This document shows positions 20,574 through 32,278 of a DNA stretch of 64,000 nucleotides, in pieces (the stretch's first letter is position 1; every line of letters starts with the position of its first letter). Position numbers and translations under genes: made by a program. Where the stretch lies: positions 1 to 64,000 of IMG/VR virus record IMGVR_UViG_3300005985_000001, one strand, 5' to 3'. The notes under the pieces are model-generated. The model searched no databases, had not been told where the DNA came from, and worked only from the letters and a program-made list of their open reading frames with translations. Source of the stretch: a virus. Lineage: Duplodnaviria > Caudoviricetes.

Positions 20574-21903
20574 CTAAAGCACTCTCACAGTATCTACTGG
20601 TTGCCATGTCGTCAGGAAAAGCACCTGCTCATCGGCTTCACCCTCTGCGAGTTCGTCACAATCACTGGACATCAGGTGATAAGGGCGTACATCGAACTTG
20701 ATGAAAAACTCTGCTACGCCCTCATCCACATGAAAATCCAGAATTTCTCCTCGTGCTCCCTGTGGCACAAGGGTGTACTTGTCCTTGAGAATCGCAGTTC
20801 TTCCGATTAGTTCTTCATAGTTAAGCATAGTTTTTCCCTTTCATGGTTTGATGATTAATATTACCTTTTTAATCCACTGGATGTTACGAAAGCTTAGTTC
20901 CAGTCCAGTGGCCAGTCCCTGATTTTCTCACTGGGTTCGAACTCACACTCAATCCCGAATCGAGCATACCATTCACGCACCTTTGCTTTGAGATGATCCA
21001 ATGTCGATGCCTCGAAGTTATTCTCATTGTCAAATGTAAAGTAAAGCTCGTCTGTGCCGGTATGCGGCATGAATGTGTGCTGAACTACGAATATGAGCTT
21101 TGCTATTTTTGCCATGTATCCTCCAGTCAAGGTTTTATCACTAATATAACATCGTGTTGTTCTAAACACGTTAGTGCCTCAATCTGATCGCGCCAGGTCG
21201 AGCACCAGCGCAGAATGCCCAGCAGATTGCCCGGATACGGGTCTGCCAGCGGGATTAAGACAATTTGCAGCACCCACCAAAGCGCCAGAATTAGGATGAT
21301 CAACCCAATGGTCAATCGAAGACTTGGAGCCGCCATCATTCGCCCTGAAGGTATTTCCAGTATTCAGACCATTTGGCTTCGTCATCGAGCAACTCGATCC
21401 AGTGATGGACCTCGCTGGATTCCGTGTGGAAATTGGCATCGCTCAGAGCTTCCGCGAAGACTTCCATGATGCGTAATCCATCCCACTCTGCCCATGAGGA
21501 AATGGCGATACCGAGTACCAGATTTTCGTTCTGTCGCAGACGATCTGGGGTTTGGTATTTCTCCACAATCGTGGTGGGTAGATGCTGATTAATCAGAGCT
21601 TGAATCAAAGCAGCTTTGTCAGACATTGAGAAATTCTCCTTCAGGTTAGTTTGTGGTGGTTTGAGATTGCGAATTAATGTGAGGTGGCGTTTCCCGTTCA
21701 AATTCGGACACCCAGCCTAGAGATGCTTTGACCGCATCTTCGCCCTGCTCATAGAACATCTTGAGGCAGTCCAGGGCACATAGAGCAACGGTTGGGTCTT
21801 CAGCAAATTCATCACAGTGCCACATCACAATCTCACGACCTTCCTTGTCGTAAATGTAGATACCGCCTTCTTCACTGCCGTAGATTCGAACCTGTTCGTG
21901 CAT
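20574..21903 (-). CDS. Five hypothetical proteins (20574-20828, 20894-21169, 21127-21339 membrane, 21336-~21628, 21646-21903)
   Basis: Tandem ORFs. Confidence 0.55.
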
Positions 21904-22574
21904 CAGTCCTCGTCTCCCTCGGAACGTTCCGTCGCTTGGTAAATCTTTTCATAGGTAAACAACCGAAGCACTTCTGGGTCACATTCATCGACGTTCTTAA
22001 TCTCGTTCCAGAACGCATCTCCGGTATCCACATCTTCATAAAGGGCAGCTTCACCTTCAGGGTCTTCCTGCATCGCCTTGATGAATTCATAGGCATCATC
22101 CGCAGTCTCGGCTTCGACTAGGGTATACCCGTAGATCGTCCATTCGTGCCGCACGTTAAAGATGGGCATCGTCAACTCCATCCAAATCAGATTCCAATTC
22201 GACAATTTCATCTACGCCGCGATAGTGCATATCGTGCATGTCCAGTGAATCCAGCAAGTTTAGGTACTCGCCATTGACTGCCATATCATCGACCAGTTCA
22301 TGCGCATCATCTACGCTCTCTGCTTCCACGTCGATCTCGCCGTAGACGGTGTAAGTGAAGGTCACTTTGTAGTAGTTCATTTGGTCTCCTCACTGATAAA
22401 TGTACTTCCTGCGAACTGTGTTTCTATCGGAACTGGATTGACCAATGCAGCACGGATGTTTTCTTCAGTCATCCAATCCAGCGCATCGTAGGCATCATCC
22501 AGAGTTTCTGCCTCAATCAAAAGATTGCTGGTCAAGCTAAAGTCAATTGAAAACCGATATTTAGGCATCTTCAT
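21903..22574 (-). CDS. Three tandem paralogous small proteins with an [VI]EAE[ST]xDDA motif (DpnD/PcfM-like)
   Basis: TLVEAETADDAY, IDVEAESVDDAH, LLIEAETLDDAY; ORFs 21903-~22168, 22156-22380, 22377-22574. Confidence 0.65.
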
Positions 22575-23210
22575 CCTCCAGTTCCAGAGCTTCGCGCTCT
22601 TCGTCAGTCAGTAAAAGCTCTGGGTAGTTTTGCTCGATTTGCCACTCCAATCCGACCCAGAAGGCTTCTGACATCGCCTCACCGTAAATCCTGTCTGCGA
22701 GATGATGCATATCTGAATCACTGAGTGCAGCAACCCGTTTCTCGCTGCACCAGGGTTCATCTTCATTAGGTCCCAGTAAATCATTCCGATGTAGATGTGT
22801 CACCGGGAACCACTGCTGGATGATCTCCGCATCGCCAGCTTCTTCACTGGCATAACGAAGCTCGTACTCCTGATACCCGCCAAAAACCATCATCTGGGCA
22901 AGTTGCTCTGGATCGCAGATTTCGGCGCATCGTTCGGTTGCTTCGAAGAGTACATCACCATTGAGACTGTTGTAAATCACGGTGCCACGTTCCCAGTCAA
23001 ATTTCGCAGCAAGTACGATTCGCATTAATATTCTCCTTCTTCTAAAACAGCGACTCGTCGTTCCAGATCCTTGATCCGCTGATCGAGTGGCACGACAATG
23101 CCATCGATGATGTCGCTGATTTCGGCATAGGTGTCTGAATCCACGCCGAGTCCAGCTTCTCGCATCAGCATGATGATGTAGTGTTGCAGGAGATCCGTTG
23201 GCGTAAGCAT
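22561..23210 (-). CDS. Two hypothetical proteins (22561-~23026, 23025-23210)
   Basis: Tandem ORFs. Confidence 0.6.
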
Positions 23211-23213
23211 AAC

Positions 23214-24314
23214 TTAACCTCTTTTCTGGCGAATAACCGGCATAATCAGGGCAAGTCCACGAGAAGCGACCGGACGCATGACAATCGCTTCGTTCCACTG
23301 GTTGCCTTTAATGCGAATAACATCCTCGGTAAAGCTGTTCAGCACATCCTGCATATATTTCAGGTTGACATCGACGGTGAGACTTTCGCCAGTGAAGTCA
23401 CTTTCCATCTGGTCTTCCAGATCCCCACGTTCTGGAGATACGCCATAGATTTCCACGCCCTGCTCGGTACTGACGATCTTACTGGCAAGATTGTCATCTT
23501 TGGCGAAGATTGCTGCACGCTTCAGGGCTTTCAATAACTGCTTACGGTCCAGATCCAGTTCAGTGACATAACTCTTGGGAATAATTGCTTCGAAGTCTGG
23601 ATACTTCCCTTCAAGCAACTGGCTCACCAGTACCATATCGCCAACCATGAAGTAAGCTTTTTCCTGATAGAGGTCAAAGTAAATGGTCTCGGCATCCCCT
23701 CGCGCAGCTTCTTTCCAGATTCGTGCGGGAATCACCGCTTCGTATTCAACCCCTTCAATGTTCTCAATGTGGACATGGCACTGAGCCAACCGATACCCAT
23801 CTGAAGCTTCCAGCTTCATGATGTTGTTTTTGATGACGACATGAACGCCAGTCAGGATTGGACGTGCCTGTTCTCTGGCAACCGCATAGATCACTTCACG
23901 GACCGCTTCCCGGAACGTTCCGCCATCGATTAAAATGGCATATTCGGTAATCGTTGGAATTGGCGGAAACTCTTTCGCGGGCTTCCCCTTGAAACGATTC
24001 TTTGAAGTGCCATTAAGAACAGTCGTGACTTCAACCCCTTCATCCAGATCAAAATCGACCCGTTCTGGTGAGAGCAAATGCACGACTTCTTTGAACGTTT
24101 TGGCATGAAGGGTGGTTGAACCTTCACGATCTACTTTGGCTTTAATCCGGCTCATAATCGTGAGTTCTAGGTCTGTACCCACAAGCCAAACGCCATCACC
24201 TTCGGTTTGCACCAAGATGTTTGCCAGAATCGGCAAACGGGGCTTGGTCTCCACTGCCGCAGATGCCTGCTTGAGTGCTGTTTCCAACGTATCTTGCAAA
24301 ACCGAGAATTTCAT
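23214..24314 (-). CDS. dnaN: DNA polymerase III beta sliding clamp
   Basis: 366 aa; LPILANIL, GTDLEL, RPILTGV, ASDGYRLA, LLEGKYPDFEAIIP, LIMPV. Confidence 0.95.
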   Translation of the reverse strand: MKFSVLQDTLETALKQASAAVETKPRLPILANILVQTEGDGVWLVGTDLELTIMSRIKAKVDREGSTTLHAKTFKEVVHLLSPERVDFDLDEGVEVTTVLNGTSKNRFKGKPAKEFPPIPTITEYAILIDGGTFREAVREVIYAVAREQARPILTGVHVVIKNNIMKLEASDGYRLAQCHVHIENIEGVEYEAVIPARIWKEAARGDAETIYFDLYQEKAYFMVGDMVLVSQLLEGKYPDFEAIIPKSYVTELDLDRKQLLKALKRAAIFAKDDNLASKIVSTEQGVEIYGVSPERGDLEDQMESDFTGESLTVDVNLKYMQDVLNSFTEDVIRIKGNQWNEAIVMRPVASRGLALIMPVIRQKRG

Positions 24315-24841
24315 GGAGTTTTCTCCTGTGTGCGTGAATATTCGATATAGTTGCCATCAGATTGAGAGCCGTATTTGCTGGAGGTATAGCCAGAAGTCCA
24401 GAAACGAATCAGGCCTGGCGCTCGCTTAATCAGCCGGTTGAATCCCCGTTTGGCATCCGCGTTGAGGATGTAGTCATAATCCATCCATTCGGGTTCATAT
24501 TCTGGCTTGTAGCGTTCCCAGCGACGGTAGGTTTTTGGCTTCAGATAGAAGCAAGGTGATCCGTCTGCACCAGTGGCGTCGATGCCAATGTAAAGCCGGT
24601 CAGTTTCTCCGATGAGGAGTGTGTTATGCTTATCAGGATCAAGCCGTCGAATCGCCCATGCATTAAAACATTCCAGTACGAGATTTTGGAACCAGTCGTA
24701 GGCATCACTTTCCAGATCAGCCTGTTCCCAGTGGGCATCTTCGGCATTTTTGTCGAAGTCTTCTGGCAGGGCATCTTCATAAAGCTGGTATAGATCGAGA
24801 ATGATGTGATGATCGTACTGGTAGGCCACACCTGCACCCAT
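24311..24841 (-). CDS. Hypothetical protein
   Basis: 176 aa, start overlaps upstream gene junction. Confidence 0.7.
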   Translation of the reverse strand: MGAGVAYQYDHHIILDLYQLYEDALPEDFDKNAEDAHWEQADLESDAYDWFQNLVLECFNAWAIRRLDPDKHNTLLIGETDRLYIGIDATGADGSPCFYLKPKTYRRWERYKPEYEPEWMDYDYILNADAKRGFNRLIKRAPGLIRFWTSGYTSSKYGSQSDGNYIEYSRTQEKTP

Positions 24842-25005
24842 TACTGCACCTCCACATCTTCGATAAAATAGCCACCTGGATCACGATGATCCATCCGAAA
24901 ATAGTGATAGTCTTCCTCCTGAGCTTGTAGCTCATCCAGTAAGTTTGTGATACCCAACTCTACTTCTTTGAATAGTTCATCCAGAAAGTTCACAGGACGT
25001 TCCTT

Positions 25006-25515
25006 TCAGCTTTTGTAAATGCGATAGAGGGTGTTGAAGTGCCTGACTTGCTCGGCAGTGGTGCCTCTGAACCTGCCAGAAAACACCCAGTTGCCAATCT
25101 GCTCCCAGTAGGAGGCGCTGCCGATCTGGTTGGGTGAGCCATCGGATGTACCCGAAAGATGCGACAGTTCGTGGATCATGAGTCCGCCTTCTACAGCGTC
25201 ATTCTCATAGACCCGTACAAAAGCGATGTCTGCCTTCACAGAAGCCTTCGGGTCTATACGCTGTTCTTCAGCGTTCCAGCGTTGGCGATGCAGCCCGAAG
25301 CTGACGTAGCCCAGTTCTGTGAGCCAGTTGCGGCTGTACCCGATGATGAGATCAAGCTGCCGCTCATCATTGAAGAACACCAGAATGTGCGGGCGTCCTT
25401 TGTCCGAGCAAACCGTTCGCAGATAAGCATCCATCTGCTGGAGCTTGGCGTCGGTTAAACCAGGGATGCCATGATCGGCACAGTGAATGACCGTGAGCGT
25501 ATCGCGCGTGGTCAT
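25006..25515 (-). CDS. Putative zinc metallopeptidase (HExxH + GTxD, aspzincin-like)
   Basis: LMIHELSHLSGTSD; hairpin and SD upstream. Confidence 0.55.
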   Translation of the reverse strand: MTTRDTLTVIHCADHGIPGLTDAKLQQMDAYLRTVCSDKGRPHILVFFNDERQLDLIIGYSRNWLTELGYVSFGLHRQRWNAEEQRIDPKASVKADIAFVRVYENDAVEGGLMIHELSHLSGTSDGSPNQIGSASYWEQIGNWVFSGRFRGTTAEQVRHFNTLYRIYKS

Positions 25516-25565
25516 CGAGCATTCTCCTTCACTTGTTTCGCTGGTGGTGTCAGCGAGAAAACGAA

Positions 25566-26642
25566 TTAGGCGACTGAATCCACTGAACCTACCGTATTGC
25601 TGTAAGCATTGTTGATGGTGATAAATTCCGTATCAAAACACTCGTTCAGATAGAACTGTGCAAACTCGGCAGCAACTTCCGAATTGGCAAGATAGAAATA
25701 GGCCTCACTTGCACCATCTGGGCTATCCTCATCCGGGACGACAAATCCAATCATGTCATCATTATCATCCCGCAGATGAAACGGCGGTATCCAGTCCTGG
25801 TTCTCAGATGTGGCACGAAATTCACTGTCCGGGATGAACATCTCTACGAACCGACTGCCATCCCAGGCTTGGACAATCTGATGATCACTTTCATAGGCGG
25901 ATACGGGATTTGGATTTAATGGGTCAAGCACTTCGAGTCCCGTAATGACGCGCAGAATGAAATCGCCTTGCTTCTCATTCGGCTGACGCTGGAACTGCTG
26001 TTGTGCTTCGAGAGATAGATAATTACCCATTTACCATTCCTCCTCGTCCAAATCAATTCCGTCTGATCCGCCAGCATATTCCCATTGTGCAAAAATCTGT
26101 GCTACAGCAGCAAGAACATCTGATTCAGTATGTCCTGCCACAAGTAGTTTCATGATGGTAGTCCACAGAGGTTGATATTCTTTTTCCATCTATTTCCCCT
26201 TGAGTTTGTCTAAGAACACGGTGAAATCATCCATTGTGACCACTGGATAGAGCCAGTAGTGCCGTGCCTTGATACGATCATCGACCCAATCGACCCAGTA
26301 GCGCATCTGCTCCATTTCTGGGGTCATATCACTGTGATCATCGTAGAAAATACAGGGCATCAAGGGTGCAATCTTGACATGGTTATTCATGAAGAAATAG
26401 CCATGTTCCAGTACGCGAAACCGGTAAAGATTGTGATCCTCAAACACCTGCAATTCGACGGTATTGTTCTCCAGCCAGTGCATGAGTTGCTTAATATCTT
26501 CTGCGCTGACGGAACGTTCCGAAGGTTGTAGAACATCAGCCTTCAGAAGCGGATACTCATCGACATACAACTGACGCAAGTTCTGACTGAATGTCCACCA
26601 GTCTTTTCGCTCGATGGTGTAGAGTGTGAGACGTGTACCCAT
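25566..26642 (-). CDS. Hypothetical proteins (25566-26030, 26190-26642)
   Basis: Tandem ORFs. Confidence 0.6.
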
Positions 26643-27049
26643 TATTCTCCTTCCGTTTCATCATCCCAGGGCGTAATGATAAAATCCACATCTTTACTGA
26701 GCACAGGCATTGACCACTGTTCAAACACCGGTGCTTCGCCTTCGTAACCCATTTCTTCACGACTGGCGATCAATACCGGACCATGTAAATCCCAGGATGC
26801 GCCTTCCGGCACGGGACGCAACCGATCCACCAGTTCAGTCGCATCGTGGTTTTGAAGCATTCCATTGAAGCGCCCTTCTTCGTTAAACACTGCGACCAAT
26901 CCTTCATTGAGATCCATTACTTCAATCCATCCATGCACATGCTGCTGGAGTTCTTCAAGCGTAAACACCTGACCGTTATTTGGAACCCATTCCACTGAAT
27001 ACTCAATGATGTCGCCTTTGATCTCACTCATATCATAGAGGGTTGCCAT
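26642..27049 (-). CDS. DUF3846-like protein
   Basis: LEELQQHVHGWIEV....FNEEGR..G...N..AT...LHGPVLI. Confidence 0.7.
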   Translation of the reverse strand: MATLYDMSEIKGDIIEYSVEWVPNNGQVFTLEELQQHVHGWIEVMDLNEGLVAVFNEEGRFNGMLQNHDATELVDRLRPVPEGASWDLHGPVLIASREEMGYEGEAPVFEQWSMPVLSKDVDFIITPWDDETEGE

Positions 27050-28460
27050 TAGTTATTCTCTCCTTTTTCGCTGTGATCTTCGTTAAAATCAGTAGACCGA
27101 GCGACACTCAGATTTTCCCAGCCACCTGCAAGCTCGATCAGCCACTCCGGGTAGATTTCATCTACGAACTGAATATCATTCTCGCGGTCTTCGGTTTCGA
27201 TCATGTCCTGCAACCACTCGCGAAGGGTGCAGTTGCCTTCGGTGAGACGTTCTAGGAGTTCATTAGGAACACCTGTGAGGAGATTTACGCAAAGTACGGC
27301 TCGTTTCATATCTGCTTTTGCGCGATTCTGTTCACCGGGACGAAACTGAGCCAATGCGATCACATCGGAACGTTCTGCCGCAATATGAAAACCACTGTAG
27401 GCTGTTACCCAGGGTTCGGGAGTGTGACTATTCATTAGCTATTGCCCTCCATGAATAGGTTGAACTTGTTGATGAGTTTCTGAAGATCGCCAAATGCCTG
27501 AAGCTGTTCATTAGTGAATCCGGCACAGAAATTCACACATGCTGCGGAACGTTCCGCGTTTGCCAGTGCCGACCCATACTGACGGTAGCCAGCCGGGTAA
27601 TCGCTGCTGTAGACACCTTGTAGGTTACGCTTACGTTCTTCGAAGTCGTATTCCGACCACTGTGATTCAACCACTTGTGTCACCGGTTCTTCAAAGGTGG
27701 CAATTTCCACCGGCTGCATGAACTCTTCTTCACGGTCATATTCAATCCGCACAGGAACAGGGCGAATCCCAACCGTCCGATCTCCTGGCTCATAGGGCAT
27801 GGCATACCAAGGTTCGGGGGTCCAGTCTTCAATTCTCGGCATTATGATCCTCCGCAATGGCTACTTGGTTGATTTGTAATTCGACACCGTTTTCTAACTT
27901 GATGCCGTTGAAGACGTTTAAGACTTCGAAAATCTGGTCATCTTCCATGAAGCTCACTTGTTCAGCAGCTTCCTCAAGCGTCTCAGCTTCAATGTCTAAA
28001 ATCATGAACAGACTCATATCGACCCAGAAGGGAAACTTAGGCATTACTTAACTCCATTGAGTAACTTATAAATTAAATCTCGGTCTTGGAGATTGAGATG
28101 CACTAGACACTCATTGATTCCGCCGAGTGTCCAGGTTTGGTTGTAGATATAGCGCAGCATGGAACGCATCAGTGCATTTTCTTCTTTGGTTTGTTCCAGT
28201 AACGTATTGAACAGTTCGAAAGTCTGAATGGCTGGTTCTGTCATCTGTTCACGAGTTAAGCCTTCGCAGAAATTGACGCATTGAACGATATGCCGGGCAT
28301 CGTTATTGTATAGATCGATAGCAACCGTATTATTATCGGCATCGACAATCACAGTTTCGCCAAAAGATTCGACGCGCCAGGGAAGTGGGCTAAGTAGATT
28401 ACTCATCATTTGGCTCCCAGCTAAATTCGCTTTCGAGGCAGTTCCACACTTCGTTTTCAT
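27049..28460 (-). CDS. Three paralogs with a TP.PW...CVN.C.G motif (27049-27435, 27435-27857, 28044-~28409) plus a fourth EAET paralog (27829-28044)
   Basis: HTPEPW/WTPEPW/LSPLPW and VLCVNLLTG/AACVNFCAG/VQCVNFCEG. Confidence 0.65.
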
Positions 28461-30095
28461 CGCGGTCAGTCAAAAATCTTCCGTTGTAGAGATAGTAGTA
28501 TTCGAGGAAAGTGACTTTTCCGTTATAGGTATGCATGAAAGCCACTTCAGTGAAATGTGGACTTTCGCGTTCTAATGCCGCTTTCCAGCCAAGAATCAAA
28601 TCGTTGTAGCTTTCAGCCGGATACCAGTGATCACCAATCAATTCGATGAACGTCACAAGTTCTTCATGCATGAAGCATCCTTTCTAATTTCATTTGGAGA
28701 TTTGCCGGTATGTTGATGCTGGCTTTGTAGATTTCGAAAAGCTCTTGTTTCTGTGCTTCTGAGAACACGCCATTAGCAACGCGATTCAGTTCAAAGCACT
28801 CCTGAGCATGTTCCCAGTCGAATGGAAATTCGCTAAAATGATCAAGCTCGTTATCCACGCCATAATCGGTCAGCGTGTAATCCAGAAGGCAATGACAGTT
28901 CTCGCATATCTCGCTACCATCTTCCTCATAGGCGTAGCCGCCCCGGTAGTCTTCGAGCCACACGGCATTGGGGCGGAGAAGAAGAATGCAATCATGGCAG
29001 TAACTCAGCCCTTCATCGTCACCGTCATTACAGAACCAATAGGGCGGCGGCGGAACCTTTTCTCGCTGGGATAATTTGTGTTCGCAAGCACTGAGAAACT
29101 CGTGAAGATCGATTGAATCAATCACTGAGCATTTCCTCCTGTATTGCCATCACAAGCTGCTTACGGGTATAGCCTTTTCGGAGCAGATACCGGACAAAGG
29201 CACGGAAGATTTCAAGAAGCATCTTCGTCATCTTCTTCTTCTGGAGCCGGAACATTCCGCCAATAGAGAATCGTGCGTAAGCCAAGTGCGTCTTCTTCTG
29301 TATGACGAAGTGCATCTGCAATGGTCATAACTTCATCATCAGTGGTTGCCATAGCTAACATGTCTGCAATAAAAACCCAGGGATTGTCAACGGCAACACC
29401 TAGACATTCATTGCCATACATTCCTCGCCCAGAGTAACTACGAGTGTCATATCCGGCTGATTGAATCAATTCAACAAACTGCTCGTTATTCATAGCTCGA
29501 CCTCAAACTCCTTCTCCAGCAGGTTATGCTGGTCATAGGGCGACATGGATTGCATGTCCTGATACATCTGGATCACCAGTTCGCCGATGTGCTCCTTGCC
29601 ACTTTTCAGCAGTCGGGAACGCACTGAAGCATCGCCATCCTGCTTGGCTTTTACCCGCAGCCAGAGTTCAATCTGCGAGGCAATGGTAAATTCAGGGAGA
29701 TCGTTCATTTAATTCAACTCACCTTTCGGCAAAAACCAGTCCAATTCCATCCACGATAACTGTTCCAAATCTCGCTTGTAACTAGAACCTACACGGATGT
29801 TATGGGAACAATCACGTAGAATTAAATCTGCGCTTTTGGAAAGTACATCTTCTGGTGTATCAATACGTAGCAGAGTGCAGTATGAACTATCGGTTACTTG
29901 TTCCCACATACGATCATTTGGGTGATAGAAATAGACCGAGAAGCGTAGAAGTGGCTCATCATCAGGGTCATCAGAATCAAAATAACCACCGTATCCTTCG
30001 TCAAGGTACTCCCATACCACTCGGATACCTTCTCCATCCTCATATTCTTTTTCTTCAAAAGCTTCGATGAGAGCTTGCCAGTCTTTAGTCATCAT
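28399..30095 (-). CDS. Six hypothetical proteins (28399-28671, 28664-29125 Cys-rich, 29118-~29231, 29212-29493, 29490-29708, 29709-30095)
   Basis: Tandem ORFs. Confidence 0.55.
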
Positions 30096-30098
30096 TAC

Positions 30099-31127
30099 TT
30101 ATTTCCTTCCCAGTTTCTTCGCCTGCTTGACGACCTCTTCCACTGCTTTGTCCAGATTCCAATCCCGTTCAACCACAAGGTCAGCATCCTTCGCATCGGT
30201 GTTGTTGCCGATACTGAGCACCAGATCCGCGTTCAGGTTCTGCCGTGCCCAGTTCACAGCATTACCGCCATCCATTGCACTGAAGACACAGCCGTATTCT
30301 GCAAAACGTGGATTCATGCCTTCTACGAGACAAAAGCCCTCATGTGCCCGGTGATCCGCAGATTCCGCGCAGATCTTGGCATAGCGATATAGGTCCCGAT
30401 GAAACAATGCCCCGTACAAAGACATGGGCATGGTTCGAAATGGATCGGCGATGATGTGCGCACGAGTAGCTTCGGTGTAACCACTGCCGGGGACAGGCTG
30501 GTTGCCTTCGACCAATGCCGCGTAAACCTGCATTCCTGCTGCCTCACATGCCCATTGAACGCCAAGCGTAATGCGTACAATCTTGGGAATGAAGTTCGCA
30601 TCTGCCCACATCTCTCCCATCCCCGCACTGGCAACAATTGCAATCACAGGGGTTTTTGCAGGTGCCGAGAGGGTTTTACGAAACGGACGAATACGGTTGG
30701 GATCATAGGTTCCGGCAGCCGCCGCTTCGACCACTTCACTGAGCTTGCGTCGGTCCAGCTTGCCGTGTGGCAGGTCGCGGATCGTGACCATCGTAGCGAC
30801 TTTCTCAAAGGCACTCACCAATCGACGGGCTGCACGAGAGGCTTCCTGACGAATATCTTCGGGCAAATGAAAGTTTTCAACGGCTCGAATCGCATCTGCG
30901 CGATTATGAATCTGCTGAGGAATGTATTTGTTTCCTTCGCAGGAAAACCAATCATCCTTTCTCCGCTTGTGGTATTTGGGATCTTCTCTTGGATAAACAG
31001 CTTCATCGCGCATATTCACTTTGAAAGACAATGCGAGTCCCTTTTTGCCAGCATAGGACTCGATTTCAAACAATGGTTTATGAACGGTATCTTGGGGCTG
31101 TGTAATCAGTTCTGGTAATGCATTCAT
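30099..31127 (-). CDS. VWA-like / CobT-like partner of MoxR AAA ATPase
   Basis: Directly downstream of the ATPase; GKLDRRKL and PVIAIVAS pattern typical of such partners. Confidence 0.6.
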   Translation of the reverse strand: MNALPELITQPQDTVHKPLFEIESYAGKKGLALSFKVNMRDEAVYPREDPKYHKRRKDDWFSCEGNKYIPQQIHNRADAIRAVENFHLPEDIRQEASRAARRLVSAFEKVATMVTIRDLPHGKLDRRKLSEVVEAAAAGTYDPNRIRPFRKTLSAPAKTPVIAIVASAGMGEMWADANFIPKIVRITLGVQWACEAAGMQVYAALVEGNQPVPGSGYTEATRAHIIADPFRTMPMSLYGALFHRDLYRYAKICAESADHRAHEGFCLVEGMNPRFAEYGCVFSAMDGGNAVNWARQNLNADLVLSIGNNTDAKDADLVVERDWNLDKAVEEVVKQAKKLGRK

Positions 31128-32242
31128 CGGAGAAGTCCCTGATCTTCGACTTCGACGCGACTGAAAAATGCGCGATTCGCAGCATCTGCAAGTGAGAAGT
31201 TTTTCACGGTCATCAGATTCGCCATCCGTGCCAGTGTACGCGGCGAAACATTCAGGCGCAGCGCATTCTGGTCAATCTTCTCGCGCATCTTGATCGCCCA
31301 GGCCTCCAGGGTTTTGGCAACTTTTCTGGGATAACCTTTCGACTCCAGGATCAAAGCTTCGTTTTCATAGCCGGTCTGGATATAGGCGAAGCGATCCAGT
31401 TGAGCCGCATCCAATGCGTTGCGCCCCACGTAGTGCCGATTTGCCCCTGAGCCATAGGTGTTCATCGTGACGATGATCTGGCAGGGTCCCTGCGGGAAGA
31501 TACGATCATGCTCCGGTGCGCCAGGCGTAGTGACATAGCGGGTTTGTCCATTGATGCCAGGGTCCTGAAACACGGATTGCAGGCACATCACCGCACGAGG
31601 ATTGGCTGCATCGTATTCATTGATGACGACATCGCATCCTTCACGGAAGGCACGAGTAATCGCACCATGGATCCAGACATTGCCCTGTTCCGGGTGATAG
31701 CTCATGCCCCCAACTAACTCAAATGGCTCGATGAACTCGGTAATGTCAATCACATAGAAAGAGCGGTCTAGTGAATTGAACGCTTCGTATGAAACGGTCG
31801 ATTTGCCGTTTCCGGTGGGGCCCACAATCGCAATCGCTGGATAAACGTCAGGATGCTGGAGATAGAAGATCAGTTCATCGAACCACGAAGGCGGTACAAA
31901 GCCGATGGGTGTAGGTTTTGGCTCGGCATAGAGCATGGGATGGTTGCGGCTGTGACTTCTACGCCAGCGGACTCGCCAGTGTTCTGCTTCAATGGAAGGT
32001 GGCAGGACTGGCTCTGGAACAGGCGCAGGTGCAACTTCACCCAATGGTTTTACATATTGACAGTAGTAGCGCAGGCGATCTGGGAGTTCCTTGCCCCGAT
32101 ACACATTTGCCCAGAGATTCGGGTCAAAAGTCGCGCCTGCACTTTCCAGTTGATTTCTGACTTTAAACGTGCCGCCCAGCAGCACCCATTCCAGTGGGGC
32201 AAGCTGCAACGCAGCAATCGGTTGTGCCCGTTCACTCGGCAT
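31124..32242 (-). CDS. MoxR/CbbQ/CobS-like AAA+ ATPase
   Basis: Walker A GPTGNGKS, Walker B VVINEYD, TMNTYG, LDAAQLDRF. Confidence 0.88.
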   Translation of the reverse strand: MPSERAQPIAALQLAPLEWVLLGGTFKVRNQLESAGATFDPNLWANVYRGKELPDRLRYYCQYVKPLGEVAPAPVPEPVLPPSIEAEHWRVRWRRSHSRNHPMLYAEPKPTPIGFVPPSWFDELIFYLQHPDVYPAIAIVGPTGNGKSTVSYEAFNSLDRSFYVIDITEFIEPFELVGGMSYHPEQGNVWIHGAITRAFREGCDVVINEYDAANPRAVMCLQSVFQDPGINGQTRYVTTPGAPEHDRIFPQGPCQIIVTMNTYGSGANRHYVGRNALDAAQLDRFAYIQTGYENEALILESKGYPRKVAKTLEAWAIKMREKIDQNALRLNVSPRTLARMANLMTVKNFSLADAANRAFFSRVEVEDQGLLR

Positions 32243-32278
32243 TCAGATTCTCCTTCTCCGTTGTGGTGACGGATACAG

